Counted from the stretch's first letter, positions 45,943 through 58,008 are shown. The stretch: 64,000 nucleotides of DNA from an uncultured Actinomycetota bacterium (GCA_963721965.1 CAVRKT010000022.1:2331-66330), one strand, 5' to 3'. Translations and numbers: made by a program. Notes: a model not told the origin generated them from the sequence alone.

Positions 45943-47103
45943 CCAGCACGACCCGACCGTGGTGCCCGGCATCGAGGACGAGCCGGCGGTCCGCCGGCCC
46001 CCGGGGGCGCGCCGCCGCAAGCGGCGCGGCTCGGGCTGCCTGCCGATCCTCGTGGTGCTGGCGATCATCGGCACCCTGGGCTGGTTCGGCGTCACCCGGG
46101 GCATCGACTTCGTGCAGGACCGCCTCGGCGGCGAGGCCGAGGACTACCCGGGACCGGGCACGGGCCGGGTGGTCTTCGAGGTGCAGGAGGGCGACTCGGC
46201 CGAGCGAGGTCGGTCGCAACCTCGAGAGCGCCGGCGTGGTGGCGAGCGTGGAGGCGTTCACCGACGCCGTCACCGGCAGCGCGGTGAGCCCGCAGGTCGG
46301 CGTCTTCGTGCTGAAGGAGGAGATGAAGGCCACCGAGGCGCTCGAGGTGCTCGCCGAACCGCTCGAACGACCGCAGCATCCGGCTCACGCTGCTGCCCGG
46401 CAAGACCGTCGACGAGATCGCGACGCTGCTGGGCAAGGACACCGAGTTCGGCAAGCAGGAGTACCTGCGCGAGCTCGACGACCCCCGAGCCCTCGGGATC
46501 CCCGGCGTACGCCGAGGACGCCGTCGAGGGGTTCCTGGCCCCCGGTGCCTACGTGTTCGGCCCCGACGACACTCCGCGCACGATCCTCGCCGCCATGGCC
46601 GCCCGGTTCGTCGCCGAGGCCGGACGCCGTCGACCTCGAGGCGGGGGCCGAGGAGCTCGGCTACACGCCGCTGCAGGTCCTCACCGTGGCCAGCCTGGTG
46701 CAGGTCGAGGGTCGCGCGGCCGACCGGCGCCAAGATCGCGCGGGTCGTCTACAACCGGCTCGAGATCGACGGCAACCCGAGCGGTGGCTTCCTCCAGATC
46801 GACGCCACCGTCAACTACGCCCTCGGCCGCAAGGTGGCCCGGCTGACCACCGCCGAGATCGACTCGGTGGCCGACTCGCCCTACAACACCTACCGCACCC
46901 AGGGGCTGCCGCCCGGCCCGATCGCCACCGTCGGCGCCGACGCGCTGGAGGCGGCGCTCGCCCCGGCGAAGGGGCCGTGGTTCTTCTACGTGACGGTGAA
47001 CCTGAAGACCGGTCGCACGAAGTTCACCGCCGACCCCGACGAGTTCCTGCGGTTCAAGGCCGAGCTCGACGAGTACTGCGCCACCCAGTCCGACCGCTGC
47101 TGA
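45929..47103 (+). CDS. mltG: Endolytic transglycosylase MltG (indels)
   Basis: TM helix; EGFLAP, VASLVQVE, LQIDATV and SPYNTY..QGLPPGPI motifs. Confidence 0.93.
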
Positions 47104-47116
47104 GCCGGGTGCGGTC

Positions 47117-47945
47117 GTGGTGAGGTGCGCGGTGCTCGGCGACCCGATCGCCCACTCGCTCTCGCCTGTGCTGCACCGCGCGGTGTACGCCGCGCACGGG
47201 CTCGACTGGACCTACGAGGCGGTGCGGGTGCCGTCGGGAGGGCTGCCGGCCCACCTGGCCGGGCTGGACGCCGACTGGCGCGGCCTGTCGCTGACCATGC
47301 CGCTCAAGCGGGAGGTGCTGGCGCTGGGCACGAGTCCGCAGCGCCGCCGTCGACCTGGCCGGTGCCGCCAACACGGTGGTGCTCGACGGCCGGGGCTCGG
47401 TGCGTCTCGACAACACCGACCTGCCCGGCGCCGCGGCCGCCGTCCGGGAGCGGTACGACGGCCCGATCGGGTCGGTCACGGTGCTCGGCGCCGGGGCCAC
47501 CGCCGCGTCGGTGGGGCTGGCGCTGTGCGACCTCGGGGCGCGCGAGGTGCGGCTGCTCGCGCGCTCGACCGGCGCGGGCCGCGGAGACGGTGGCCGCGCT
47601 GGCGCGCCACCCCGGCGCGCCCGACGTGACCGTCGGCGACCTCGCCACGGACGTCGCCGTCGGTGACGTGCTCGTCTCGACGATCCCCGCCGCCGCCCAG
47701 GACGACGCGGTGCTGGCGCTCTGCGCCGACGTGCCGGTGGTCTTCGACGTGGTCTACGACCCGTGGCCCACCCCGCTGCGGCCGCGACGGCAGGGCCGGG
47801 CGCTCGTGAGCGGCCTCGACCTGCTCGTGCACCAGGCGGCGCTCCAGCACGCCCTGTTCACCGGCGATCCCGACGGCGCGGCGGACCCCGAGGTGCTCGC
47901 GGTGATGCGGCAGGCGGGGAGCGGGCGCTCCGGGAGCGGTCGTGA
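47117..47945 (+). CDS. aroE: Shikimate dehydrogenase (indels)
   Basis: GDPIAHSLSP, SLTMPLK, DNTD, GAGATA and GLDLLVHQA motifs. Confidence 0.93.
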
Positions 47946-48700
47946 GCCCGGTGGTGACGCGTGGACGGCGTCGCGATCGCCGAGGCGGTGCAGGCGGGGG
48001 TCGCGGGCGGCGCTGGCCTGCGCGCTGGCCGCCGTGCTCGTGCCCCGGCTGGTCGGCCGGCTCCCCGAGCCGGAGCCCGACCCGGAGCTCGAGGCCGCGG
48101 AGGGCCCGAAGGAGCCGTACCGCGCGATGGCGGCGGCGCCCGGCTTCGCCGCCGGGGTGGTGTGGACGGCGGCCGTCGTCGGCGCGGTGGCCGGCGCGGC
48201 CCTCGGCTGGGACTGGTACCTCGCGGCGGTGCTGCCCGTGGTGCCGCTCGGCGCCGCCCTGGCCGCGATCGACCGGCGGGTCCGGCTGCTGCCGCTCCGG
48301 CTCGTCTACCCGGCGCTCGCGCTGGCGGTCGCCGGCGCCGCCGTCGGGTGGGCGGCCACCGGCGATCCCGACGCGCTGCTGCTCGGCGCGCTGGGCTACG
48401 TCGTCGCCTTCGTCGGGTACGGCGCCCTGTGGTGGCTCAGCCCGACCGGCCTCGGCTTCGGCGACGTCCGGGTGGCCGCGCTGGCCGGGTTCCTGCTCGC
48501 GCCCCTCGGCTGGCCGACCTTCGTGGTGGCGCTGTGGCTGGCCTCGGTGCTGTTCGGCGTCCCGACGCCTGGTGGTCGCGCTGGTGCGCCGCGACCTCGG
48601 CCGGCTCCGCACCCACTACGCGTTCGGGCCGTTCCTGCTCGGCGCCGTGCCGATCGGTCTCGTGATCGCGCGACCCCTGACCGCCGTCCTCAACGGCTAG
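47942..48700 (+). CDS. Prepilin peptidase (A24 family; start may be 47961)
   Basis: Multi-TM protein with AAID..VRLLP and GLGFGDVR aspartate motifs; AFGPFL. Confidence 0.85.
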   Translation: MSPVVTRGRRRDRRGGAGGGRGRRWPARWPPCSCPGWSAGSPSRSPTRSSRPRRARRSRTARWRRRPASPPGWCGRRPSSARWPARPSAGTGTSRRCCPWCRSAPPWPRSTGGSGCCRSGSSTRRSRWRSPAPPSGGRPPAIPTRCCSARWATSSPSSGTAPCGGSARPASASATSGWPRWPGSCSRPSAGRPSWWRCGWPRCCSASRRLVVALVRRDLGRLRTHYAFGPFLLGAVPIGLVIARPLTAVLNG

Positions 48701-48715
48701 GGGAGACTTGCACCC

Positions 48716-49903
48716 ATGCTGCGCTGGTTGACCGCGGGGGAGTCCCACGGCCCGTCCCTGGTCGCGATCCTGGAGGGCCTGCCCGCCCACGTCGCCGTCA
48801 CCACCGACGACCTCGCCGACGCGCTGGCCCGGCGTCGGCTCGGCTACGGCCGCGGCGCGCGGATGAAGTTCGAGCAGGACGCCGTCACGATCACCGGCGG
48901 CGTGCGCCACGGCCGCAGCCAGGGCGGCCCGGTCGCGATCACGATCGGCAACACCGAGTGGCCGAAGTGGGAGACCGTGATGTCGGCCGACCCGGTCGAC
49001 GCCGAGGTGCTCGAGGGCCAGGCCCGCAACGCCGCCCTCACCCGGCCCCGTCCCGGCCACGCCGACCTCGCCGGCATGCAGAAGTACGACTTCGACGAGG
49101 CCCGCCCGGTGCTCGAGCGCGCCTCCGCCCGCGAGACCGCCGCCCGGGTGGCGCTGGGCCGGGTGGCCACGAACTTCCTCGACCAGGCGCTCGGCGCGGT
49201 CGTGTTCTCCCACGTGATCGAGCTCGGCGGCGTGCGCGCGCCGGCCGGCGTCTGGCCGCAGCCGGACGACGAGGGCGTCCGGAGCGACTCGACGCCGACC
49301 CGGTGCGCTGCCTCGACCCCGAGGCCTCGGCCGCGATGGTGGCCGCGCGTCGACCAGGCGCACGCTGACGGCGACACGCTCGGCGGCGTCGTCGAGGTGG
49401 TCGTGCACGGGCTGCCGCCCGGCCTCGGCTCGCACGTGCACTGGGACCGCCGGCTCGACTCCCGCCTCGCCGGCGCCCTCATGGGCATCCAGGCGATCAA
49501 GGGCGTCGAGGTGGGCGACGGGTTCGAGCTCGCCGCCACGCCCGGCTCGCTGGCCCACGACGAGATCGTGCCCACGGCCGACGGCATCCGCCGCACCTCC
49601 GGCCGCTCCGGCGGCACCGAGGGCGGCATGAGCACCGGCGAGGTGCTGCGGGTGCGAGCCGCGATGAAGCCGATCGCCACCGTGCCGCGGGCGCTGCGCA
49701 CCGTCGACGTCAGCACCGGCGAGGAGGCGGTCGCGCACCACCAGCGCTCCGACGTCTGCGCCGTGCCGGCCGCCGGCATCGTGGCCGAGGCGATGGTCGC
49801 TCTCGTGCTGGCCGACGCCGTGCTGGAGAAGTTCGGCGGCGACTCGGTCGGCGAGACCCGCCGCAACGCGGAGTCGTACCTCGCGGCGCTGAGGTACCGG
49901 TGA
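48716..49903 (+). CDS. aroC: Chorismate synthase
   Basis: [28 protein letters not shown] and RSDVC motifs. Confidence 0.97.
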   Translation: MLRWLTAGESHGPSLVAILEGLPAHVAVTTDDLADALARRRLGYGRGARMKFEQDAVTITGGVRHGRSQGGPVAITIGNTEWPKWETVMSADPVDAEVLEGQARNAALTRPRPGHADLAGMQKYDFDEARPVLERASARETAARVALGRVATNFLDQALGAVVFSHVIELGGVRAPAGVWPQPDDEGVRSDSTPTRCAASTPRPRPRWWPRVDQAHADGDTLGGVVEVVVHGLPPGLGSHVHWDRRLDSRLAGALMGIQAIKGVEVGDGFELAATPGSLAHDEIVPTADGIRRTSGRSGGTEGGMSTGEVLRVRAAMKPIATVPRALRTVDVSTGEEAVAHHQRSDVCAVPAAGIVAEAMVALVLADAVLEKFGGDSVGETRRNAESYLAALRYR

Positions 49904-49910
49904 GCCGCCG

Positions 49911-50417
49911 ATGAGCCCCCGGGTCGTGCTCGTCGGCCCGATGGGGGCCGGCAAGTCGACCGTGGCGGCGATCCTGGCCGAGCGGTACGGCGTCGCCGCC
50001 CGCGACACCGACGCCGACGTCGAGGCCGCCGAGGGCCGCTCGATCTCCGACATCTTCGTCGACTCCGGCGAGGCGCACTTCCGCGCGCTCGAGCGGGCGG
50101 CGGTGGCCGAGGCACTGGCCGCCCACGACGGCGTGCTCTCGCTCGGCGGCGGCGCCGTGCTCGACGCGCGACGACCCGCGAACGCGCTCGCCGGCCACCG
50201 CGGTCGTGTTCCTGCGGGTCGGGCTGCGGAGGCGGTGAAGCGGGTCGGGCTCGGCGCCGGCCGCCCGCTGCTGCTCGGCAACGTGCGCGCCCGCATCAAG
50301 GCGCTCCTCGACGAGCGCACGCCCGATCTACGAGTCGGTGGCCACCGCTCGTCGTCGACACCGACGCGACCACCCCCGACGCCGTCGCCGACCGGATCCA
50401 GGAGGCGCTTCGGATGA
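49911..50417 (+). CDS. aroK: Shikimate kinase (indels)
   Basis: [20 protein letters not shown] and RPLL motifs. Confidence 0.94.
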   Translation: MSPRVVLVGPMGAGKSTVAAILAERYGVAARDTDADVEAAEGRSISDIFVDSGEAHFRALERAAVAEALAAHDGVLSLGGGAVLDARRPANALAGHRGRVPAGRAAEAVKRVGLGAGRPLLLGNVRARIKALLDERTPDLRVGGHRSSSTPTRPPPTPSPTGSRRRFG

Positions 50418-51527
50418 CCGAGGCCACCAGCGAGACCGTGCTGCACGTCGGCGGCGCGTCGCCCTACGACGTCGTGGTCGGCCACCACCTCGCCGACCGG
50501 CTGCCGGCGATGGTCGGCGACGCCCACCGGGTCGCGATCATCGCGCCGGACCCGATCGAGCACCTCGTCGACGAGATCGTGCCGTCGATCGCCGACCTCG
50601 ACCTGACGGTGCTGATGATCCCCGACGGCGAGGAGGCCAAGACCGCCGAGGTGGCCAACTCCTGCTGGGAGGCGCTCGGCGAGGAGGGGTTCACCCGCTC
50701 CGACGTCGTGGTCACGCTGGGCGGCGGAGCCACCACCGACCTCGGCGGGTTCGTGGCGGCGTCGTGGCTGCGCGGGGTGCGGGTGGTGCACGTGCCGACC
50801 ACGCTGCTCGCGATGGTCGACGCCGCCGTGGGCGGCAAGACCGGCATCAACACCGCGGCCGGCAAGAACCTCGTCGGCGCCTTCCACGAGCCCACCGGCG
50901 TGCTCTGCGACCTGGCGCTGCTCGAGTCGCTGCCGCGCGCCGAGCTGGTCTCGGGGCTCGGCGAGGTCGTGAAGTGCGGGTTCATCGCCGACCCCGAGAT
51001 CCTGCGCCTGGTCGAGGAGACCGACCCCGACGACCTGGTGGCGTCGTCGCCGGTGCTGCGCGAGCTCGTGGAGCGGGCGATCCGGGTGAAGATCGACGTC
51101 GTGGTCGGTGACCTCAAGGAGACCGGCGGGGTCGGTGGCCACCCGGGCCGCGAGGCGCTCAACTACGGCCACACCCTCGCGCACGCCATCGAGCGGGCCG
51201 AGGACTACACGATCCGGCACGGCGAGGCCGTCGCCATCGGGTGCGTCTTCGTCGCCGAGCTCGCCCACCGCGCCGCCGCCCTGCCCGCCGAGCTCGTGGA
51301 GCGGCACCGCGCCGTCTTCGGCCGGGTCGGGCTGCCCACCACCTACGACGCCGCGCCGTTCGACGACCTGCTCGCCACCATGCGCGTCGACAAGAAGGCT
51401 CGCGGCGACCGGCTCCGCTTCGTCGTGCTCGACGACGTCGGCCGGCCGACCATCCTCAGCGGCCCGTCCGAGGACCGACCTGCGCGCGGCGTACGAGGCG
51501 CTGTCGACGGCCGGCGGTCGCTCATGA
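50414..51527 (+). CDS. aroB: 3-dehydroquinate synthase
   Basis: [36 protein letters not shown] and HGEAVA motifs. Confidence 0.96.
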
Positions 51528-51971
51528 CCCGGGTGCTGGTGCTCAACGGCCCCAACCTCGGCCGGCTCGGCCGCCGTCAGCCCGAGATCTACGGCTCCAC
51601 CACCCACGCCGAGCTCGCCCACCGGTGCGTCGAGTGGGGCGCCGCCGTCGGGCTCGAGGTCGAGGTGCGGCAGACCAACCACGAGGGCGAGCTGCTCGAC
51701 TGGCTCAACGACGCCGCCGACGACGGCACGCCCGTCGTCCTCAACGCCGCGGCCTGGACGCACTACTCCTACGCGCTCTTCGACGCCTGCGCCCAGCTCG
51801 ACCGGTCCGCTGGTGGAGGTGCACATCTCCGACCCCTCGCAGCGGCCCGAGGAGTTCCGCCACACCTCGGTGGTCACGCCGCACGCCGTCCGCGTGGTGG
51901 CGGGCCAGGGGATCGAGGGCTACCGGATCGCGCTCGCCACCGTTTCGGAGCAACTGGCGGGGCCTGCATAA
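51524..51971 (+). CDS. aroQ: Type II 3-dehydroquinate dehydratase (indel)
   Basis: [33 protein letters not shown] and EVHIS motifs. Confidence 0.95.
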
Positions 51972-51981
51972 ACTCCGCCGC

Positions 51982-52547
51982 ATGGCCACCACCAACGACC
52001 TGAAGAACGGCATGGTGCTCGTCCTCGACCGCCAGCTCTGGTCCGTCACCGAGTTCCAGCACGTCAAGCCGGGCAAGGGTCCTGCGTTCGTGCGCACCAA
52101 GCTGAAGAACGTCGAGACCAACAAGACCGTCGACAAGACGTTCAACGCGGGCACCAAGGTCGAGACCGCCACGGTCGACCGCCGCACGATGCAGTACCTC
52201 TACAACGACGGCACGTCGTACGTGTTCATGGACACGAGCACCTACGACCAGGTCGAGATCCCGCCCGAGGTGCGTCGGCGAGCGCCAGCAACTTCCTGCT
52301 CGAGAACCAGGAGGCCGTGGTGGCCTCGAACGAGGGCCGGGTGCTGTTCATCGAGCTGCCCGCCTCGGTCGAGCTCGAGATCACGTTCACCGAGCCCGGC
52401 GTCGCCGGCGACTCGGCCACCGGCCGCACCAAGCCCGCCACGCTCGAGACCGGCCACGAGATCCAGGTCCCGCTGTTCGTCACGCAGGGCGAGAAGGTCA
52501 AGGTCGACACCCGCGACTCCTCCTACATGGGCCGCGTCAAGTCCTGA
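51982..52547 (+). CDS. efp: Elongation factor P (indel)
   Basis: [24 protein letters not shown] and KPATLETG motifs. Confidence 0.97.
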
Positions 52548-52964
52548 TGGCGGCGCGCTCGAAGGCACGCCGTCGCGCGCTCGACCTGCTCTACGCCGCC
52601 GACCTGCGCGACGAGCCGGCCACCGACACCCTCGAGCGCGCCGTCGCCGAGGGCGCCGGACCGTCGAACCCCTACACCGCGACCCTGGTGCGCGGCGTGG
52701 TGGAGCAGCAGGAGCGGATCGACCGGATCCTCGGCGCCTACTCCGAGGGCTGGACCCTCGACCGGATGCCCGCCGTCGACCGCAACGTGCTGCGGCTCGC
52801 CGTCTGGGAGCTGCTCTGGGCCGACGACGTGCCCGACGCCGTCGCCATCACCGAGGCCATGGCCCTGGTGCGCGAGCTGTCCACCGACGACTCGCCCGCC
52901 GTTCGTCAACGGCATCCTCGCCACCATCTCCCGCCACCGCGCCACCGACGACCTCCCGGCCTGA
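52547..52964 (+). CDS. nusB: Transcription antitermination factor NusB (indel)
   Basis: [26 protein letters not shown] and FVNGIL motifs. Confidence 0.95.
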
Positions 52965-52969
52965 CTCGG

Positions 52970-53027
52970 CGACCCGCCCGAAACTTTCGGGCGGCTCGAT
53001 CGACCCGCCGAAGTTTCGGGCGGGTCG
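52970..53027. repeat. REP-like doublet palindrome (copy 1, slightly degenerate)
   Basis: CGACCCGCCCGAAACTTTCGGGCGGCTCG-AT-CGACCCGCCGAAGTTTCGGGCGGGTCG. Confidence 0.88.
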
Positions 53028-53098
53028 ACGTGCGTGCCGACGAGTGCTGGGCCTGAGCGGGTGAGGCCGGCGGTCGACGGCGCCGCCATGCTGGCCGG

Positions 53099-54483
53099 AT
53101 GACGGGAGCCGAGGACGTCGACCTGGTGGTGATCGGGCTGGGGCCCGGCGGCGAGGCGCTGGCCACCGGCGCCGCGCAGGCCGGGCTGCGGGTGGTGGCG
53201 GTCGACAAGCACCTGGTCGGCGGCGAGTGCCCCTACTACGGCTGCGTGCCCACCAAGACGATGGTGCGCGCCGCCGAGGTGCTGGGAGAGGCCCGCCGGG
53301 TCGAGCGGCATCGCCGGCGAGGTCACCGTGACGCCGTCCTGGGCGCCGGTCGCGGCCAAGATCGCCGACCAGGTCACCGACCACTGGGACGACCGGGTCG
53401 CCGTCGAGCGGCTCGAGGGCACCGGCGCCACGGTGCTGCACGGCCACGGCCGGCTCACCGGCGTCGGCGAGGTCGAGGTGACGCTGCCCGACGGGTCGAC
53501 CCGCTCGTTCGCCGCCGACCACGGCGTCGCTCTCGACCCCGGCACCCGGCCCGCCGCGCCGCCGATCGAGGGGCTCGACGGCACGCCGTACTGGACCAAC
53601 CGCGACGTGGTGAAGACCGACGCCGTGCCCGGCTCGCTGGTGGTGCTCGGCGGCGGGCCGATCGGGTGCGAGCTGGCGCAGGTCTTCGCGCGGTTCGGGT
53701 CCCGGGTCACGCGTCGTGCAGCACGGCGACCGGCTGCTGCCGGCAACGACGAGCCCGAGGCCGCCGACCTGCTCGCCGCGGTGTTCGTCGAGGAGGGGAT
53801 GCGGGTGCTGACCGGCGTCGAGGCCACCCGCGTCGAGTACGCCGACGGCGCCTTCACCGTGCACCTCGACACCGACGAGACCGCTGACCGCCGACCGGCT
53901 GCTCGTCGCCGCCGGCCGCCGTCCCAACCACGACGACATCGGCCTCGACGCCGTCGGGCTCGACCCCTCGGCGCGCAGCGTCGAGGTCGACGAGCGGATG
54001 CGCGCGGCGCGAGAAGCTGTGGGTGATCGGCGACGTCGTCGGTCACGGGGCCTTCACCCACCTGTCGATGTACCAGTCGGCGATCGCGCTGCGCGACGTC
54101 CTCGGCGAGGACGGCCCGCCCGCGAGCTACCACGCGGTCCCGCACGTCACCTTCACCGACCCGGAGGTCGGTGGCGTCGGACTCACCGAGCAGCAGGCCC
54201 GCGACGCCGGGCTCACGGTGCGGGTCGGCAGCACCCCGCTGGAGTACTCGTCGCGCGGGTTCACCCACGGCGCCGGGGCGCGCGGGCTGGTGAAGGTCGT
54301 CGAGGACGCCGACCGCGGGGTGCTCGTCGGCGCCACCGTGGTCGGGCCCTACGGCGGCGAGATCCTCGGGCTGCTGGCGCTCGCCGTCCACGCCGAGGTG
54401 CCGATCGCGACCCTGCGCACCATGATCTACGCCTACCCGACCTTCCACCGGGCGATCGAGTCCGCGATCGGGACCTGTCGTGA
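53099..54483 (+). CDS. Class I pyridine nucleotide-disulfide oxidoreductase (Lpd/MerA-like family; indels)
   Basis: GLGPGG, GGECPYYGCVPTK redox disulfide, GGGPIGCE, VTFTDPE and AYPTF motifs. Confidence 0.9.
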
Positions 54484-55310
54484 CGGCGAAGCCCTCGATG
54501 CCGAGCGCACGGCAGGCGCACGAGAGCGACTGGGTCGACCGGCTGGCCGGCTACGGACTCGTCTCGTTCGGCGTGGTGCACCTGGTCATGGGGTGGCTCG
54601 CGGTCCAGCTCGCGCTGGGCGACCGCGAGGGCTCCGCCGACACGCAGGGCGCCGTCCACCAGCTGGCCGAGCAGCCCTTCGGCAAGGTGCTGGTGTGGCT
54701 GGTCGCGATCGGTCTGGTGCGTGCTCGCCGCGTGGCAGGCGCTCGAGGCGGCGATCGGCCGGCGCGACGAGGACGGCGCCAAGCGGCACGCGAAGCGGGC
54801 CCTGTCCGCCGGTCGGGCCGATCGTCTACGGCGCCATCGCCGTCGGCGCGATCGGCGTGGCCACCGGCAGCTCGAGCGGCGGCGGCTCCAAGGGCACCGA
54901 CACCTTCACCGCCAAGCTGATGTCCGCGCCCGGCGGCCAGGTGCTCGTCGGCGCTGGTGGCCTCGGCATCATCGGCGTCGGCATCGGGCTGATCGTCGTG
55001 GTCGCCGCGCGAGAAGTACCTGACCTCAAGCTGTCGAGGGCAAGGCCACCAGCGGCACCACCGGCACGATCCGTGCGCTGGCTGGGGCGGATCGGTCACG
55101 TCGCCAAGGGCGTCGCCTTCGGCGTCGTCGGCGGGCTGTTCCTCTACGCGGCGATCACCCACGACGCCGACAAGTCGGGCGGGCTCGACCAGGCGCTGCG
55201 CAAGGTGCTCGACCAGCCGTTCGGGCCGTACCTGCTCGGCGCGATGGGGCTCGGGCTTCGCGGCCTACGGCGTGTTCTGCCTGGTGAAGGCGCGCTACCT
55301 GGACCGGTGA
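54480..55310 (+). CDS. DUF1206 membrane protein (indels)
   Basis: Repeated units: LAEQPFGKVL, LMSAPGGQVL and GGLDQAL..VLDQPFGPYLL. Confidence 0.85.
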
Positions 55311-55464
55311 CGAGGTCCAGACCAGGTTTGACCACCCTCCCGACTGGAGAGTCAGAACCCATGCGTCACTCCCCCCACGGACGACCCACGTCCTCCACCG
55401 CCCGCCGAGCGCCTAGGCTCGGCCGAGCCGTCGCCGACGTGACGCACCCGCTCGGAGGTGCCGC

Positions 55465-56912
55465 GTGAACCAGGCAGACCGCCCCACGGACCCTGCCGCG
55501 CCCCGTACCGATCACCTGTCCGACCCGCTCTCCGACCCGCTGCCGGACCCGCTGACCGACCCGCTGTCGGACGACATCCCCGAGCCGGTCGACCTCTTCG
55601 CCGAGGAGCCCACCGTCGAGGTGCCGGCGTCGGCGCCCGCGGTGCCGCCCGTCGAGCCGGCGCCGTGGGGCGAGGCGCCGCCGCTGCAGCGGCCGCTCCG
55701 GCCCACCGGACCCGCCGGCCGCACCGCCAGTCGGCCCGCCGCCCGACCGCTCCGCCGCCGACCGCGCTGCCCACCGGCCGTCCGCCCGCCGGCCGCTCCG
55801 GCCAGTGCGCCGCCGCCCACCTGCCGCCGCGCCGTCCCGCCGCCGCCGTCCGTACCGCCCCCGTCGATGCCGCCGCCGGCTCCGCAGCGCTCCGCAGCCG
55901 GTTCCGCAGCCGGTCCCGCAGCCGGTTGCGCAGCCGGTTCCGCAGCTGGCCCCGCGTCGGCCGAGCCGCGGCGGTTCATGACCGCGACCGACTTCCTCGA
56001 CCGCCGCGACGAGGAGCAGCCGATCGGGCCGGCCACGTGGGGCTGGCGGGGCCGGGTGCGCCGCTGGTCCGGCGGCGCCATCAAGCCGAAGATGGGCGCC
56101 AAGGAGGAGGCCTACCAGCGCGACCGCCGGATGATCCAGAAGGACTTCGACGGCCCGCGCACGATCGTCTTCGTCAACCCCAAGGGCGGCGCCGCCAAGA
56201 CCACCGGGGTGCTCGCGGCCGGCTACACGTTCGGCACCGTCCGCGGTGGCGGCGTCGTGGCCTGGGACAACAACGAGACCCGCGGCACCCTCGGCATCCG
56301 AGGCACCCGCGGCGCGCACCGCAACACCACGCGGGAGCTGCTGGAGGACCTCGAGCGGTTCAAGGACGTCGGCCAGTCGCGGATCGGCGACCTCGGCTCG
56401 TTCGTGCGCAGCCAGGGCGACGCCCACTTCGACGTGCTCGCCTCCGACGAGCGCCCCGACGTCACCGGCACCATCGCCGCGGACGACTTCAACGAGGTGC
56501 ACGACCTGCTCGAGCGCTTCTACCGGGTGATCCTGGTCGACTCCGGCAACAACATGCGCGCCGAGAACTGGCTGGCCGCCGTCGACGCCGCCGACCTGCT
56601 CGTCGTCACCAGCACGGTGCGCGAGGACACCGGCTACTCGGGCCTGTGGATGCTCGACGCCCTCCAGGACGCCGGCATGCACGACCTGCGCTACAAGACC
56701 GTCACCGTGCTCTCCGACCCCTCGGCCAAGGTCGACGAGAAGCTGGCGGACGACCTGGCGTCGGTCTACCAGCAGCGCACCCGCTCGGTCTTCCGCGTGC
56801 CCTACGACGCCGCACTCGTCGCGGGCTCCGTCATGCCCTACAACCAGCTCTCCGCCGAGACACTCGGATGTCGTGGCTCCGCGCCTGCGCCGGCATGGCC
56901 GAGGCCCTCTGA
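55465..56912 (+). CDS. MinD/ParA/FlhG-like ATPase with Pro-rich disordered N-terminus (indels)
   Basis: PATWGWRG motif, deviant Walker A NPKGGAAKTT, DNNETRGTL, ILVDSGN and RVPYDAAL. Confidence 0.85.
55892..55947 (+). repeat. 12-bp tandem repeat (CCGCAGCCGGTT-type), about 4.5 copies, probably (PQPV)n
   Basis: Read directly in the Pro-rich linker. Confidence 0.75.
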
Positions 56913-56976
56913 CGACGCCGACCCGTCGCGCGACGTAGCAGTGACGGGTCAGCGCAGTGACGGTCGCGTGTCGGGT

Positions 56977-57984
56977 ATGCGCGCCGTCGTGTACTCCGAG
57001 CCCGGTCCGTCGTCCGTCCTGCGGGTCGAGGAGCGGCCCGACCCGACGCCCGGCCCGGGGGAGGTGCTGGTGCGGGTCGAGCGGGCGGGGGTGAACCCCA
57101 CCGACTGGAAGTTCCGATCGCAGACGATGCGCGGGTTCGACGAGGTGGTGCCCGGCCAGGACGGCGCCGGCACCGTCGAGGCGGTCGGGGACGGCGTGGA
57201 GTCCGTGCGGCCCGGCGACCGGGTGTGGCTGGTGCTGGCGCAGCACGAGCGTCCGTTCGGCACCGCGGCCGAGCTGACCGTGCAGCCCGCCGCGCGGGTG
57301 GTGCCGCTGCCCGAGAACGCCGACGCCGACCTCGGCGCCTCGCTCGGGGTGCCGGCGGTCACCGCGCACCGCGCGCTCACCGCCGGCGACGGCGTCAGCC
57401 GGCTCGGCCCCGGGTGCGTTCGCCGGCGCCACGGTGCTGGTGGCCGGGGGAGCGGGCGCGGTCGGCAACGCCGCGGTCCAGCTGGCGCGGTGGGCCGGCG
57501 CGTCGGTGGTCACCACGGTCAGCAGCGACGAGAAGGCGGTGCTCGCCCGGGCGGCCGGTGCCCACCACGTCGTGAACTACCGCACCGACGACGTCGTGGC
57601 CGCGGTGCGCGAGGTGGCCCCGGACGGCGTCGACCTGGTGGTGGAGGTGTCGCTCGCCGCGAACGTGGCCGCCGACCTCGAGGTGCTGCGCAACCACGGC
57701 ACGATCTCGTTCTACGCCGACAACGGCGGCGCCGAGGCCGCGCTGCCGGTGCGGCCGAGCCTTCGCCAAGAACGTCCGACTGCCAGGGCGTGCTGCTCTA
57801 CCCGCTCGCCCCCGACCTGGTGGCGGTGGCCGCCCAGGACGTGAACGCCGCCGTCGCGGCCGGGGGCTGCGGGTGGGGGAGGACGCCGGCCTCGCGCTGC
57901 ACCACTTCCCGCTCGCGGAGGCCGCGGCCGCCCACGACGCCGTCGAGCAGCGGCGCCGTCGGCAAGGTGCTGCTCGACCTCTGA
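56977..57984 (+). CDS. NADPH:quinone reductase (zeta-crystallin/MDR family; indels)
   Basis: GVNPTDWK, PGQDGAG, GVPAVTAH, GGAGAVG and GKVLL motifs. Confidence 0.92.
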   Translation: MRAVVYSEPGPSSVLRVEERPDPTPGPGEVLVRVERAGVNPTDWKFRSQTMRGFDEVVPGQDGAGTVEAVGDGVESVRPGDRVWLVLAQHERPFGTAAELTVQPAARVVPLPENADADLGASLGVPAVTAHRALTAGDGVSRLGPGCVRRRHGAGGRGSGRGRQRRGPAGAVGRRVGGHHGQQRREGGARPGGRCPPRRELPHRRRRGRGARGGPGRRRPGGGGVARRERGRRPRGAAQPRHDLVLRRQRRRRGRAAGAAEPSPRTSDCQGVLLYPLAPDLVAVAAQDVNAAVAAGGCGWGRTPASRCTTSRSRRPRPPTTPSSSGAVGKVLLDL

Positions 57985-58008
57985 GGCACGCCTCACACCG
58001 TCGGGGTG

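Noticed and set aside
47942-48700. Prepilin peptidase as part of the SipW fibre system or a pilus locus
   Set aside because: It lies 30 kb away at its conserved actinobacterial position near aroE. The SipW substrates lack class III signal peptides, and no pilin/Tad genes are adjacent.
55361-55468. Small ORF MRHSPHGRPT... overlapping the MinD-like start
   Set aside because: Poor codon bias, and it spans a likely -10 element (TAGGCT) and the SD of the next gene; probably promoter DNA.
4499-57516. Very long minus-strand and alternate-frame ORFs (e.g. 4499-7603, 31370-33613, 48437-51877, 55366-57516)
   Set aside because: These are shadow ORFs of high-GC genes: Arg/Pro/Gly-rich or antisense-pattern sequence with no motifs, fully overlapping well-supported + strand genes.
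21945-57984. Apparent fusions in the ORF track: SecD-SecF-Apt (21945-25310), HisS-AspS (30416-33703), AroB-AroQ (50414-52003), MinD-quinone reductase (55465-57984), permease-ROK (11329-13143)
   Set aside because: Each arises from an indel joining frames. Normal stop/start overlaps for the separate genes are visible.
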